Source: Candidatus Latescibacterota bacterium
GTDB taxonomy: Bacteria; Latescibacterota; UBA2968; UBA8231
Length of the DNA: 64,000 nucleotides
Direction: 5' to 3'
Assembly (NCBI GenBank): GCA_965248265.1
Contig: CBDFJF010000002.1
Span: 3,712,001-3,776,000, forward strand
The notes beneath the pieces are model-generated. The model worked only from the letters and a program-made list of their open reading frames with translations, was not told the origin of the DNA and made no database searches. Positions 10,324 to 20,330 of the stretch are shown here, one piece after another (within the stretch, counting starts at the first letter, position 1; each line of letters opens with the position of its first letter). Position numbers and translations under genes: made by a program.

Positions 10324-12198
10324 ATGATCCGAGAGACTCAGCTGCTACTGTACAAGGGACGGCCGGCACGCGTCAAAAAAATCCAGAGTGACGATCGTGT
10401 CGAGATCGAGACTCTGGCAGGCGAACTGAAGAAGGTACGTCCGAAGGACGTTGTCACCCTACACCCGGGTCCCGTCACCGATCTGCAGGACCTCGAGCGT
10501 CCCATCGATACGGAGGAGTTGGAGGTTGCCTGGGAGTTGCTGCAGGGTGAGAATACGGACTTGCCGGGATTAACCCAACTCCTCTTCGCATCCTACACCC
10601 CAGCCGCCGCCTGGAGTACCTGGCAGCTTGTAGCTGACGGCCTTTATTTCCGCGGAACGATTGATTCTATAACCCCACAGCCCCCGCAGATCGTCAACGA
10701 CGAACGCCAGCGTCGAGATCACAGAGAAAACTTGAAGCAGCACCGCGAGGCCTTCCTGCAGCGAATGCGCAGTGGCGCCCGGTGGGTTGCCGGGGACGAG
10801 CCCTTCATGCTCGACCTGGAGAATATGGCTTCTGGCGGCAGCAATCGCAGCAACAATCCGATTTTGAAAGACCTGGGTCGCGCGGAAAGCGCTGAGGGTG
10901 CCCACGCGCTACTGCTCGAGACTGGCTGGTGGTCGGCCACTCACGTCCCCTATCCGCGTCGTTTCGAGATCAACCTTGATACTCCGGCCGAAGCCCATGG
11001 GGACTCCGATGCAGGCTGTATCTCTGTCAGCCCGACAGCATCGCGCCGTGACCTGACGCACCTGGAGGCCTTTGCCATCGACGATGAGGGCAACACCGAC
11101 CCGGATGATGCTGTCGGAATCGAGGGCTCCCGGCTCTGGATCCATGTGGCCGACGTGACCATGTGCGTGGAAATCGACTCGCCCCTGGATCAGGAAGCCA
11201 GAAACCGGGCTTCTACCGTCTACCTTCCCCACCGTACCGTGCCGATGCTGCCTCTATCAATCACGCAAACCGTTGGCATGGGGATTGGAGAGGTGTCGCC
11301 GGCTCTGTCCTTCGGCATCGACCTCGATGACGAGGGATGCATCGAGGACTTCGAGGTCCTACCCTCCCTTGTCCGGGTCGAGCGCTTGACCTACGCGGAG
11401 GCCGAAACGCGGATGGCCTCTGAGCCGCTGCACGCACTCAAGACCATTACTGATCTAGCGCGAGAACGACGCCAGCACGCCGGAGCTGCGTTCATAGAAA
11501 TGCCTCAGACCAGGATCCGCGTTCGCGAAACGGCCGGCGTCGCCGACGTTGAGTTCGAGCCCCTGCCCCCTTTGCCCGTCCGTGACCTCGTCGCGGAGGC
11601 GATGATACTGGCCGGCGAGGCGGCCGCCCTCTACGCCTCGAGAGCAGCCCTGCCCTTTCCCTTTTCGGTCCAGCCTCCCCCGACCGAGGACGGCGATGCG
11701 GATCCCGATGGCCTGGCCGGAATGTACGCCCTGCGCCGGCGCCAGCCCCGCAGCCGGCATTCGACATCCATGGATCGACATTCGGGACTGGGACTCACCG
11801 CCTATGCCCGGGTTACGAGCCCGCTGCGGCGTTATCTCGACCTCGTCGCCCATCAACAGTTGAAGGCTCACCTTTCAGGTACAACCGTCCTTGACGAAGC
11901 TCAGCTTCTCAACCGAGTGGGGCCCGCAGAGGATCTCGCCGCTGATATCAGGAGGGTTGAACGGCTGTCGCGCAGACATTGGATATGCGTCTACCTTCTG
12001 CAGTCTCCGGGTTGGACGGGCACAGGTATCCTCGTCGACAAGCGCGGTCAATCTGGCACCCTATTGATACCGGAACTCGATCTGCAGACCCAACTTCACC
12101 TGCCGCTGGATTTCTCCCTCAACGCAGAATTGCGGTTACAACTCAAGGGCGTCGACCTCCCGCGTTTGGATCCCCATTTCAGCGTGGAAGCTTTCTAG
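10324..12198 (+). CDS. RNB-domain exoribonuclease II/R family protein
   Basis: AIDDEGNTDPDDA catalytic motif, IHVAD, TSPLRRYLD. Start placed at ATG 10324. Confidence 0.9.
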   Translation: MIRETQLLLYKGRPARVKKIQSDDRVEIETLAGELKKVRPKDVVTLHPGPVTDLQDLERPIDTEELEVAWELLQGENTDLPGLTQLLFASYTPAAAWSTWQLVADGLYFRGTIDSITPQPPQIVNDERQRRDHRENLKQHREAFLQRMRSGARWVAGDEPFMLDLENMASGGSNRSNNPILKDLGRAESAEGAHALLLETGWWSATHVPYPRRFEINLDTPAEAHGDSDAGCISVSPTASRRDLTHLEAFAIDDEGNTDPDDAVGIEGSRLWIHVADVTMCVEIDSPLDQEARNRASTVYLPHRTVPMLPLSITQTVGMGIGEVSPALSFGIDLDDEGCIEDFEVLPSLVRVERLTYAEAETRMASEPLHALKTITDLARERRQHAGAAFIEMPQTRIRVRETAGVADVEFEPLPPLPVRDLVAEAMILAGEAAALYASRAALPFPFSVQPPPTEDGDADPDGLAGMYALRRRQPRSRHSTSMDRHSGLGLTAYARVTSPLRRYLDLVAHQQLKAHLSGTTVLDEAQLLNRVGPAEDLAADIRRVERLSRRHWICVYLLQSPGWTGTGILVDKRGQSGTLLIPELDLQTQLHLPLDFSLNAELRLQLKGVDLPRLDPHFSVEAF

Positions 12199-12210
12199 CC
12201 GCTGCGCGGA

Positions 12211-13023
12211 TCAGGGATCACCGGATCGCTCGAAAGAGCGCAGCTGTTCCTGGCCAAGGTGGCGGACATGCGCATCGCTGGGGAAGTCCCCTTCCCGGAC
12301 TTCCCTGGCATAGCGGCTGATAGCGGCGATGGCACTCATCCGCATCTCCGCGTAGCGAGCGGCGTGTCTGAAAGCTGCCTCTTCCATGCCCAACAAATCC
12401 TGGACCACGAGTACCTGTCCGTCCGTATAGCGTCCGGCTCCGATGCCAATCGTGGGGATGGACAGCTGTTCACTCACGGCACGCCCGACCTCCTCCGGGA
12501 CGAGCTCGAGAACCAGGACTCCCGCACCGGCAGCTTCGAGACTCCGGGCGTCTTCCATCAGACTTCGCGCCCTTGCCGCCGTACGCGCCTGGTAGCGCTT
12601 CTTGTCATGAAGTTGAGGGTTCAGCCCCAGGTGCCCCCACACATCGATCCCACGCTCACTGAGCGTCCCGATAACCTCCGGGACCATGCCCTCGACCTTG
12701 ATGCCCTGTGCCCCCAGCGAACGCAATCGCAGGGCGTTCTCGAGCCCCTGAGCCGGCGTTTCATAGGACTGATACGGCAGGTCGACCAGTAGATAAGCCT
12801 TACGCACCCCACGTTTGACCGCTTTGAGGTGATGGATCATGTCGTCCATCGTAACCTCGTGCTCGCTCTCATAACCGAGAACATTGGTACCTACACTGTC
12901 GCCGACGAAGATCACATCGACGGCGGCCTCCTCCTCCCAGGTAGCGGTGGGAAAATCGTAACAGGTCAGCACGACGATCTTTTCGCCGCGGCATTTCATC
13001 TCTTGTAGAGTGTTTGCGTCCAT
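12211..13023 (-). CDS. panB: 3-methyl-2-oxobutanoate hydroxymethyltransferase
   Basis: LTCYD, VGDSVG, IKVEG, GHLGL, IPTIGIGAG, DGQVLV. Confidence 0.93.
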   Translation of the reverse strand: MDANTLQEMKCRGEKIVVLTCYDFPTATWEEEAAVDVIFVGDSVGTNVLGYESEHEVTMDDMIHHLKAVKRGVRKAYLLVDLPYQSYETPAQGLENALRLRSLGAQGIKVEGMVPEVIGTLSERGIDVWGHLGLNPQLHDKKRYQARTAARARSLMEDARSLEAAGAGVLVLELVPEEVGRAVSEQLSIPTIGIGAGRYTDGQVLVVQDLLGMEEAAFRHAARYAEMRMSAIAAISRYAREVREGDFPSDAHVRHLGQEQLRSFERSGDP

Positions 13024-13049
13024 GTTGGCTCTCACTCGCTCGAGATGGA

Positions 13050-14312
13050 TCAGGAGAAACGCTCTACCCGCGTCAGTTCCAGATTGACGCTCACGGGAGC
13101 ACCGGTCACCATCTCCGCAACCAGTTTACCCGTAATGGGTCCAAGCGAAAGACCGATCATCGCGTGTCCGGCAGCGATGGTCAGGTTTTCCCAGTCCCGG
13201 CAGCGGCCCAAAAAGGGCAGCCCGTCCGGTGTGCACGGGCGCAGGCCGCTCCAGATCTCGACCAGTTCCAGGTGTGCTGGGTTCAGATGAGGCAGGTACT
13301 GGGGAACAGCACTCAGGATCGCGCGCACTCGGACCTCGTCGATCGTCAGATCCATGCCGGCGAGCTCTAATGTTCCGGCAAAGCGCAGGAATTCGCCCAT
13401 GGGTGTGATGCCGACCTTGGCCTCCATCAGTGACATCGGCAACGTCGGAGCTTCCTGCGGCAGCTTGTAGGTGATGCTGTATCCTTTGGCCGGTTGGATC
13501 GCCAGATTCAGTCCCAATCCGGCAGATACAGTGGGAGACCATGAACCCGAAGCAAGCACGATCTCACTGGCCTCAAAATCTCCTCTGGTAGTTCGCACCG
13601 TCCTGATGCGCCGGCTCTTGTTCGATTCCATGCTCAGCACCTGAGTGTGTGGACGCACATCGACACCATGCTGGCTGGCGCGTTCGGCGAGCTGTTTGAC
13701 GAACCTCCACGGTACCAGGTGGCCGTCCTGCTCGAAGTAGATGCCTCCGACAGCACGCGCGTCCAAACCCGGATTCATCTCCTCGATCTGCACCGGCGTC
13801 ATCTGCTCGGCGTGCACTCCCGCGTTGCGCATCAATTCGACATTCGACATTTCCTCTTCCAAGTGAGCCATTTCCTTGAAGAGGAGGATCATGCCGCGCC
13901 GTTCCAGACTGAAGTCCATGCCATCGAGTCCCGCGAGCTCCTGGAAAAGCTCCAGGCTGGCAAGGTTTAGCTCGCGCAACAGGGGTATAGCACGACGCAC
14001 GTGGCGTCGGTTTCCACAACGCCAGAAACGCCACAGCCATGACATCAGTTCGCGATCCAGGCGCGGTTTGATGTAAAACGGGCTGGTGGAATTGAGCATC
14101 CACTTCAGTGCTTTTCGCGCAACGCCGGGGGCCGCCAGCGGAATACTGTGACTGGGCACGATGAGCCCGCCATTGCCGTGCGACGATCCTGAGCAGATCT
14201 CCCCCTTCTCAACCAGGGTGACCTCTCGGCCGGCCAACGACAGATAGTGTGCGGCACAAACACCGACGGCACCGCCACCGATTACGAGTACGTCCACTTG
14301 CTTGACAGCCAT
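13050..14312 (-). CDS. FAD-dependent D-amino acid dehydrogenase (DadA/DAO family)
   Basis: VIGGGAVG Rossmann motif, SHGNGG, PAKGYS, WSGLRPCTPDGLP, GHAMIG. Confidence 0.88.
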   Translation of the reverse strand: MAVKQVDVLVIGGGAVGVCAAHYLSLAGREVTLVEKGEICSGSSHGNGGLIVPSHSIPLAAPGVARKALKWMLNSTSPFYIKPRLDRELMSWLWRFWRCGNRRHVRRAIPLLRELNLASLELFQELAGLDGMDFSLERRGMILLFKEMAHLEEEMSNVELMRNAGVHAEQMTPVQIEEMNPGLDARAVGGIYFEQDGHLVPWRFVKQLAERASQHGVDVRPHTQVLSMESNKSRRIRTVRTTRGDFEASEIVLASGSWSPTVSAGLGLNLAIQPAKGYSITYKLPQEAPTLPMSLMEAKVGITPMGEFLRFAGTLELAGMDLTIDEVRVRAILSAVPQYLPHLNPAHLELVEIWSGLRPCTPDGLPFLGRCRDWENLTIAAGHAMIGLSLGPITGKLVAEMVTGAPVSVNLELTRVERFS

Positions 14313-14343
14313 AGAGCCCTCTGAGTTCACCTGCGGGAACGCA

Positions 14344-16389
14344 TCATCCTGTGGAGGGAGCCAAGAGGGTACGGACAACACGCTGTGCTCCGGGCTTCCT
14401 CCCGATTGAGAGCCTCAGATTTGACCCCTTGCCAGCGATTCGATACAACCTGCGCGCCCAGTCCGCGGGGAAGCCGCGACCTTTGCGAGTATGAACATAC
14501 AACCTCGTGGGAACCAGCAGCGCCAAGGCCGTGCGCACATCGCCGGCACTCCGGACACCAGGAATCAGGCAGTGTTCGGCCCAGGCCTCGTCATCGCCAA
14601 GATCGAAATCCCCCACCTCTGCGTAGATTCTGTCAATCCTGTCAACACACGAGGCAGCGAACAGGCAGAGCAAACCAGTGGAGCCAAGCCCGATCAGCGA
14701 CCTCGCGCCCACATCATCTCTGCCTTCAAGGTACGAAAGCGCTGTCAGCAGATCCTGGACCCGCCAGGCGGCAATGGACCGGTTGTAGGTAGTGAAGAAG
14801 CGCCCGGGTCCTTCATCAACGTAGGCAGACTCCTCGGACTCAGGTGCAACCTCACCGTTGAGGAACAGGTCCATGACCAGGACCTTGTGACCCCGCTCCA
14901 GCAGGGACGCCACCCAGGGCCCCGGTGTTCTCTTGCCCCGCCCCTGGAACAACCCCTCCTTGCCCTCGGGATGTACCACGATTGTGGCCGGGGCTGTCCT
15001 GCCCCCACCATCCGGTGAAAGCAGGGTCGCGGGGATACACTCTCCGCGACCTGAACCCAGCAACAGCCATTCGATCGAGAATCCATCGCGTCGCTGTCTT
15101 CCCCGGTCTTCGTATTGTACCGCGCCAGCCGTCGGATAGGTTGCCGCCAGAGCGTGGCGCAGGCTGGTGCCCATCAAGCGGCGAAACCGACTCAGCGAAC
15201 CCCCAGTCACGGGGTCCAAGGTTTGCCAGCTTTTGCGTTGACGCTTGATCAAGGCCGCGACCAGAGAAGACTCATCCAGGCGTCCGGAAGGCTTTGCCTT
15301 GCATGGCCCGAAGACCCGCAACGTCTCCGCATCCTGAACCACGAACGGCCGCTCACGAGAGGACGTCCTCAACCGTGCAGGTTGTAACCACCGTGACAGG
15401 AACCGATACACGTGCTGCCGCGATTCCCTGTTGTAATTATGAGGGGCATCTACCTGGCACGTGCTGACACGATCTGCCGCTTTCATCAGGCTGTACACGG
15501 CCCTCACGGCGGGATATTCATGCCAGGGCGTATTCACGGTCCAGTCCCCGGTGGCGGAAACAAGCAGTTGTGGACGCGGAGCCATTACCGAAGCGATCTC
15601 GGTGTTGTTGATATCCAGCCGCAGGTGCCCCTGGTTTTCGCAGTGACACCCTCCCTGCATACTCGCCGAAACCATGTTTACGCTGGCAGCAGCCCGTATA
15701 CGCTCATCAACCGCCGACAGCAGAAACGTCTGGGTACCTCCCCCTGAGGCGCCCGTACAGCCGATCCGGCCGGCATCCACATCCGGCAGCTGAGCGATGA
15801 AATCGACTGCACGGATACTGTTCCACAGCTGCACCCCCATCGTTCCGATCCCCCACAGATCCCCAAGCTCTCCACCCAGCTCCCGGTGCGGAATCTGGTC
15901 ACTGTCATTGTAGCCGGGCATGTCATAGGAGAAGGCAACGAAGCCCCGTCGTGCCAGGCCGATGCCACGCCCAGGGATCGATCCCAGCTCAGAGGACTCG
16001 AGCCGACCTGCAGGCCAGTGACCGTGGGGGCAGAGGACGGCCGGTAGATGCTTCTGACGCCCCCGCAGTGGCCGATATAGATTGCCGCACACGAGCAAAC
16101 CGGGCATACTGTGGAAGTAGACGTTTTCCACGCTGTATTCCCCGTTGACCTCAACGCGATTGGTGAATTTCACTCGCAGTGGAGTTCTTTCCGGCAGTGG
16201 CCACAGGCCGGTACTTGTGAGGATATGCTCCACGATGTAGCGGGCGCGCTCCTCCCAATCCTTGCGACTGGCATACGGTCTGAGTGTCCAGGGCGTCTCG
16301 AAGTCGCGCGTGATCATCCTGGCGTCTTGAGGCTTTGTTTCGTTCTCCTCGAAGACACAACCCGGAATCCGGGTAGTGCGATCCTTCAT
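14344..16389 (-). CDS. Acetylxylan-esterase-like tandem alpha/beta hydrolase
   Basis: CPHGHW, GASGGG nucleophile elbow, CHCE, HNY. A second domain has a degenerate elbow (GLGSTG). ATGA overlap with upstream gene. Confidence 0.8.
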   Translation of the reverse strand: MKDRTTRIPGCVFEENETKPQDARMITRDFETPWTLRPYASRKDWEERARYIVEHILTSTGLWPLPERTPLRVKFTNRVEVNGEYSVENVYFHSMPGLLVCGNLYRPLRGRQKHLPAVLCPHGHWPAGRLESSELGSIPGRGIGLARRGFVAFSYDMPGYNDSDQIPHRELGGELGDLWGIGTMGVQLWNSIRAVDFIAQLPDVDAGRIGCTGASGGGTQTFLLSAVDERIRAAASVNMVSASMQGGCHCENQGHLRLDINNTEIASVMAPRPQLLVSATGDWTVNTPWHEYPAVRAVYSLMKAADRVSTCQVDAPHNYNRESRQHVYRFLSRWLQPARLRTSSRERPFVVQDAETLRVFGPCKAKPSGRLDESSLVAALIKRQRKSWQTLDPVTGGSLSRFRRLMGTSLRHALAATYPTAGAVQYEDRGRQRRDGFSIEWLLLGSGRGECIPATLLSPDGGGRTAPATIVVHPEGKEGLFQGRGKRTPGPWVASLLERGHKVLVMDLFLNGEVAPESEESAYVDEGPGRFFTTYNRSIAAWRVQDLLTALSYLEGRDDVGARSLIGLGSTGLLCLFAASCVDRIDRIYAEVGDFDLGDDEAWAEHCLIPGVRSAGDVRTALALLVPTRLYVHTRKGRGFPADWARRLYRIAGKGSNLRLSIGRKPGAQRVVRTLLAPSTG

Positions 16390-18254
16390 GGGCATGGCAA
16401 TCTCGCTGATCTGAAAGGGACAGCGTGTTCGGTACCTGCTTCCACCAGGGTCAACTCGACCCATTTTCGAACCGAATTGATCATGAATACCCGCTGCGCC
16501 CGTTGCACATCCACCAACGACAACACGCACTCATGTAAGACGCCGGTCTCCAATAGCTGATCTCTGAAGACACCTGCAAGCAGCCCACTCGTGCGAGCCG
16601 GCGTCAGGTGACGCCCATCGACGTCAAGGACGAGGTTGCCGATGCAGCATTCCGTCACCTCCCCCGCGTCGTTGCACAGAATCACGTCCCGACAATCCGG
16701 GTAGTCGCGTAAGCGCTCATCGTACGCCCGTCGCATCGTCGTCTTGTGATACAGAAAAACGTCATCCCTGTCTATGGGCCGTTCGCAGATTTGTACCGGC
16801 CACGGATCGGCACCATCCGATTCCTCCAATGGCTGGCTCTCAATCGCCGGCACTCCCGCGGCCGTCAGGGTCAATCGCACGCGATGGTGACCAGTGGGCA
16901 GACCAGCCTGGTGAGCGAGCAATTCGGCCTCGATCGCATCCTTCGAACAAGGAAAGGCGAAGTAATCGGCGGATGACTGCAGGCGTCGCAGATGCTTTTC
17001 CAGAAGAAAGTAGCCCTCTTCCGTGCACAGCATGGTCTCCAGAAGCTCGAATGTCACTGCGGGTCTGGTGAGAAAACGCGCCTTCAGAAGGGCTTCATCA
17101 TACTCCTCTCGCGCATTCGAATAATGCGTGATGCCACCGCCAACGCCAGATTCCGCCGCTCCGGTACGACCGTCTATGCACAAGGTACGTATGGCCACAT
17201 TGAAGGATGATTCCAATCCGAGGACACCCTTGGCGGGAGCCGGGACACCACCGACAGTCCGGGGTGAAACGAATCCGATGGCACCCGTGTAAACCCCCCG
17301 CGGCGAGTCTTCCAACTCGGCGATGATCTCCATGGTGCGGATCTTCGGTGCCCCCGTCACGGAGCCGGAGGGAAACAGCGCCGCGAACAGCTGTGAAAGG
17401 GTCACTTCCGGCCTGCATCGCGACCGCACTCCGGAAGTCATCTGCCATACCGTTTCGTAGCGCTCCAACTCCCACAAGTTTTCAACGATCACGGACCCCA
17501 GCTGCGAAACGCGCCCCAGGTCATTGCGGATGAGATCGACGATCATCACGTTCTCAGCACAATCCTTGGCGGAAGCTCTGAGCGTACATGCCATCTGCTC
17601 ATCCTCCTCCACCCAGCGGCCGCGCCGGCTCGTCCCCTTCATCGGTCGCATGTGCAGCTCACCATCCTGTACGGCGAAAAACAGTTCCGGCGATGCCGAC
17701 AGTATGGCAAACTCCTCGAGCTCGATCAGCGCGCAGTAGGCGCCACGCTGGTTCAGACACATGTCGGCGTAGAGCTGATGGACGTCGCCGGCGAGCGTGC
17801 CGCGCAGCCGCTGTGTGAGGTTGACCTGGTAGCTGTCCCCAGCCAGGATGTAGTCCTGGACCCTGTCGATCGCACTTGTGTAGCGAACGAAGTCCAGTGT
17901 CGGGCGCAGAGCGCTGAGCTCGTACGCCCGTCCGTTTGCTCCTTCAGCATCGAGATTTGCCAGGGGGGCTACCTCGATGCGCCGATTGAATAGTCCGAAC
18001 CATATCAGGGGCACGGAGCCCGATCGGCTGTGAACGACGGCAGCGGGCTCGAGACCAGTGGCCGCTTCATAGGAGACATAACCAGCGGCGTGACCACCGT
18101 CGTGAGCCCAGCGTTCAATCTGATCGAGGGCGCTGACGACTTGAGCTGGATCGTCAACCCGTATTTCTCGTTGGCAATCGGCAAATACATAGGATCTGGA
18201 TCGGTTCGATCCTGGCCCAAGCGCGTCGAAGCGAACAGCAGGTTCAGAGCTCAT
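16386..18254 (-). CDS. pabB: Aminodeoxychorismate synthase component I fused to class IV aminotransferase/ADC lyase (PabB-PabC)
   Basis: GDSYQVN, SPELFF, PMKGT, ENVMIVDL, SVTGAPK, then HKTT, EVTECCIGN and SGLLAG (PabC-like). Confidence 0.88.
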   Translation of the reverse strand: MSSEPAVRFDALGPGSNRSRSYVFADCQREIRVDDPAQVVSALDQIERWAHDGGHAAGYVSYEAATGLEPAAVVHSRSGSVPLIWFGLFNRRIEVAPLANLDAEGANGRAYELSALRPTLDFVRYTSAIDRVQDYILAGDSYQVNLTQRLRGTLAGDVHQLYADMCLNQRGAYCALIELEEFAILSASPELFFAVQDGELHMRPMKGTSRRGRWVEEDEQMACTLRASAKDCAENVMIVDLIRNDLGRVSQLGSVIVENLWELERYETVWQMTSGVRSRCRPEVTLSQLFAALFPSGSVTGAPKIRTMEIIAELEDSPRGVYTGAIGFVSPRTVGGVPAPAKGVLGLESSFNVAIRTLCIDGRTGAAESGVGGGITHYSNAREEYDEALLKARFLTRPAVTFELLETMLCTEEGYFLLEKHLRRLQSSADYFAFPCSKDAIEAELLAHQAGLPTGHHRVRLTLTAAGVPAIESQPLEESDGADPWPVQICERPIDRDDVFLYHKTTMRRAYDERLRDYPDCRDVILCNDAGEVTECCIGNLVLDVDGRHLTPARTSGLLAGVFRDQLLETGVLHECVLSLVDVQRAQRVFMINSVRKWVELTLVEAGTEHAVPFRSARLPCP

Positions 18255-20157
18255 CGCTCCCCCTCCAGGGGAAATGGTAGATGGCCATCTCCGCGTAACT
18301 CTGAACGGCCCGGTCTCCGCCTCTGATGTACAGGCCGTACTTCCTGTTCGCCAGGACCGGGAGAATGAATGCCTCCACGTACCACAGCTGCTCGTCGCGG
18401 CCGACAACCTTGACCGGTTTGGCCGCGGTCACGCACATATGCAACTCGGCCGGCCTCCAATTTCCTCCTTCCACATCGACAGCCAGATACAGGGATACCT
18501 CGGATGACTGATCGGAGCGAGCGCATAGCAGCACTGCCAGACCTGGATCAGGAGAGATAAACTGGTCCTGGGAATAAAGCCGGTAACCACCGGTGGTTGA
18601 GGAATGACGTACCTCGATCGCGGGAACATCCGACAGTGCGCTCGCTGCATTGGTAATCTGCAGTTGCTGAGTACCTTGAGCCTGCCAGGTCAGGGGGTGA
18701 TCAAGCACGCGCGTTCCTTTTCCTCGCAGCGCGAATAGCGACTTGGTTCCCGCCGCAAACACCTCTTCAAAACTATTCCTGGGCAGGACGAGGTCTAATC
18801 GGTTTCCCGTGGTTTCGGCACTCAACTGATAGCTATCCAGGCCAAACCGGGCGTCCACCTTATCAGTGGCGAACACGACGCGATCCAGCCGGCCGTTGAT
18901 TGCAGCCGTGACCAGCCCGTTCTGTATAGCTTCCTTTGCGTAGTACCACAACTCGAGGTCCATGATGTATGGAGTTACGACCACCTCATTCTGCTGCCGG
19001 CCACCAGTGAGCTCGTTCCCGAGGGCGCGACAGCCTTCCGAAACCGTTCCCCAGCCGCTGCCCAGCCCTCCACCAAGGACCTGCCCGGCCACAATGGCCA
19101 CCATAGCACCCACTCGTAGGGACCGACTGGCCAATTGACTGACCGAGTACGAGCCGAACAGAATTACGACGGGTAGAAGGAAGACGAAACCCCGGGCCTG
19201 CGGAGCGGTGCCGTAGATAAAGCTGATGGCAAAAGGAAGGAGAAGAATTAACATCAACAACAGTGGCAATCGTCCGAGTCCTCCATCATGCCCTTTCGCC
19301 ATCATCATCATCCCGCCACCCACAGCCGCCAACCCCAGCGCCACGCCTGGCCATCCACCCGTCACCAATGCCATTGTCTGGGAAACCAGGCTCACGAGAG
19401 CCAAAGGGGTTGCGGTGAGATCGACGCCCCACTGAGCGCCAGCCTTTGATAGCTCGGCACGTATGGGCCAGAGGGCAGCCACCAGACCGATGGAGGCGAT
19501 GCCAGAACTGAGCAGTAGCGGAACCAGACGCTGAGTGCTCCCTTCAACTCCATGACGCAGACTATCCACCAGGGCCCAGGCGACGACAGCTATCACGAAT
19601 AGTGCCGAACTGGGAACCGTGTAGACGATCAAAAAGGCACTCGTGGACCAACCGACCCACCACAGCTGATGAAAACGTCCGGATCGATTCTGAGCCGCCA
19701 TAGCATACCACAGGAAGAGCAATGCCAGCATCGACAACAGAACCATGATGGAGTAACCACGGGCACTCGCCGAATACCGGACATGCATCGGTGCCAGCGC
19801 CAGAATCCAGGCCGCAGCGACTCCAGCCGTCGATGATCGCAGCAGCATCCGCGCCAGGGCCCACATGGTGGGAATCGACAGCAGTCCGGCAACGAACGCC
19901 GGAGTGCGCAGGGCTGTCTCTGACTGGCCAAAAAGCAGTGATGCCAGGCGCACGAGTATGGAGTGAAAAATGTGGTTGTTTGGAACTGGATAGTAGGTGA
20001 CGATGGTGGCAAACGGCTTGGAAGCGAATGCTTCCCAGGTGTGCACCTCATCGTGATTGAGAGCGTCCCCAAGGCCTTGCACCCGGACAACCGTGCCGGC
20101 TGCGAGGGCGAGCAGCATCAACCCAGCATGCCCTTTTGAATCCATCAGAAAAGCCAA
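18244..20157 (-). CDS. GT-C fold membrane glycosyltransferase (GT39/ArnT-PMT-like)
   Basis: N-terminal TM followed by DE motif (HDEVHT), NNH, RTPA, ARGYS; many TM helices plus a soluble C-terminal domain. Confidence 0.75.
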   Translation of the reverse strand: MAFLMDSKGHAGLMLLALAAGTVVRVQGLGDALNHDEVHTWEAFASKPFATIVTYYPVPNNHIFHSILVRLASLLFGQSETALRTPAFVAGLLSIPTMWALARMLLRSSTAGVAAAWILALAPMHVRYSASARGYSIMVLLSMLALLFLWYAMAAQNRSGRFHQLWWVGWSTSAFLIVYTVPSSALFVIAVVAWALVDSLRHGVEGSTQRLVPLLLSSGIASIGLVAALWPIRAELSKAGAQWGVDLTATPLALVSLVSQTMALVTGGWPGVALGLAAVGGGMMMMAKGHDGGLGRLPLLLMLILLLPFAISFIYGTAPQARGFVFLLPVVILFGSYSVSQLASRSLRVGAMVAIVAGQVLGGGLGSGWGTVSEGCRALGNELTGGRQQNEVVVTPYIMDLELWYYAKEAIQNGLVTAAINGRLDRVVFATDKVDARFGLDSYQLSAETTGNRLDLVLPRNSFEEVFAAGTKSLFALRGKGTRVLDHPLTWQAQGTQQLQITNAASALSDVPAIEVRHSSTTGGYRLYSQDQFISPDPGLAVLLCARSDQSSEVSLYLAVDVEGGNWRPAELHMCVTAAKPVKVVGRDEQLWYVEAFILPVLANRKYGLYIRGGDRAVQSYAEMAIYHFPWRGSDEL

Positions 20158-20207
20158 GCGAGGTACTCTCTTGGAGTGCGAAGGTTGATGATGTCAGTCG
20201 TATACGC

Positions 20208-20236
20208 TTGTCCGCCCATGCGGAGGGCGATAATAT
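20208..20236 (+). promoter_or_regulatory. Putative sigma70 promoter for the acyl-CoA synthetase
   Basis: TTGTCC-17 bp-TAATAT about 95 bp upstream of ATG 20331. Confidence 0.4.
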
Positions 20237-20330
20237 AGCACCGCACCTGTCATGAGGTCACTGCCGGCCCTGCGTCACTGGATCCGAAACTGAAACGCCC
20301 CCCCGACACCACCGGCCAGAGAGTGCACGC

